Under the pieces are notes generated by a model that had not been told where the DNA came from, ran no database searches, and saw only the letters and a program-made list of their open reading frames with translations. A DNA stretch of 64,000 nt from assembly GCA_965660445.1 (NCBI GenBank), contig CBFIAK010000001.1, positions 96,001-160,000 of the forward strand. The letters are read 5' to 3'. This document shows, piece after piece, positions 63,219 to 64,000 of this stretch. Within the stretch, counting starts at the first letter, position 1. Each line of letters starts with the position of its first letter. Made by a program: the position numbers and the translations under genes. The stretch is from Patescibacteria group bacterium (lineage in GTDB: Bacteria; Patescibacteriota; Gracilibacteria; UBA4473).

Positions 63219-64000
63219 AAAAACTATACAAAGAATCTACTGATCGAACAACCCCTTTAATTTGTAAGAACGTAAGTGTTGCATTGACCGTATGCGATGG
63301 CATATTTGTTGCACGAGTAATATCATCACACGATTGTGATGAGTTTTGTTTCAAGTAATCAAGAATTGTTTTTTCGGTATCAGAAAAGGGAAGAGAGAAT
63401 CTTTCTTTTTTTTCAGAAGAAAACAGTGATAGTTGTGGTTTATAACCAAATATATCAATTATTTGTTGCGCTTTGTATACAGCTGTTGCTTCCCCTTTGG
63501 CAATAATTTGATGACACCCTTGTGATTGAGCGGAAAAGAGAGACCCTGGAACGGCAAAGACTTCTCTATTTTCTTCAAGAGCGAGTCGAGCGGTTATGAG
63601 ACTTCCTGATTTTTCACGAGCTTCAACCACCAATGTTGCTGAAGAAAGACTCGCCACAATACGGTTTCGTGCTGGAAAATGGTGTGGAAGAGCTGGGGTA
63701 TGAGGGAAATACTCTGAAACAAAAAGCCCTATTTGTGTTTCGAGTAGTTGGCGGGCAAACATTTCGTTTTGGCGTGGATAGATGGTATCGAGTCCATTCC
63801 CTAAAACACAGATAGTACGGGCATTGTTTTGAAACGCTCGTTGATGGGCATAGGTGTCAGTGCCTAAAGCAAACCCAGACACAATAGAGAGTGAAGAAGG
63901 AAGTGTTTCAAAGAATGTATCGAGCACTTGTTTTCCGTATGAGGTAATTGATCGAGATCCAACGATAGAGAGTGTGGTATCAGACAAAATATCAATATTT
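63208..64000 (-). CDS. dprA: DNA-protecting protein DprA (5'-truncated by window)
   Basis: IVGSR, IVSGFALGTD, FPARNRIV, VEAREKSGSLITA, C-terminal winged helix. Confidence 0.93.
   Translation of the reverse strand, partial: NIDILSDTTLSIVGSRSITSYGKQVLDTFFETLPSSLSIVSGFALGTDTYAHQRAFQNNARTICVLGNGLDTIYPRQNEMFARQLLETQIGLFVSEYFPHTPALPHHFPARNRIVASLSSATLVVEAREKSGSLITARLALEENREVFAVPGSLFSAQSQGCHQIIAKGEATAVYKAQQIIDIFGYKPQLSLFSSEKKERFSLPFSDTEKTILDYLKQNSSQSCDDITRATNMPSHTVNATLTFLQIKGVVRSVDSLYSFYES

Overview
Low-GC bacterial chromosome segment, most likely a Patescibacteria (CPR) lineage. That assignment is inferred from the divergent 16S rRNA and gene content; TGA is used as stop. Housekeeping genes include ychF, gmk, ftsH, def, rplJ-rplL, murJ, rnj, comEC and dprA. 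They surround four other blocks: (i) two divergent tRNA-Gln genes whose 3' ends carry tRNA-end duplications, ~125-bp palindromic elements and a small toxin-antitoxin islet; (ii) a type I restriction-modification operon with three extra defence-like genes inserted (OLD-like ATPase/TOPRIM, DUF4917/SIR2-like, Abi_2-like HEPN protein); (iii) a heavy-metal efflux/permease cluster; (iv) a stand-alone 16S rRNA gene. The most notable signal is a perfect sigma70 promoter driving an ~88-nt ORF-less structured RNA divergent from the HEPN gene, a candidate RNA-antitoxin system. Also notable are a 16S 3' tail lacking the CCUCCU anti-Shine-Dalgarno, many apparently leaderless genes, a 13-nt exact complement of that unusual tail in the rplL terminator, and a 6S-like ncRNA. 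All family calls come from motifs read by eye; no searches were run.
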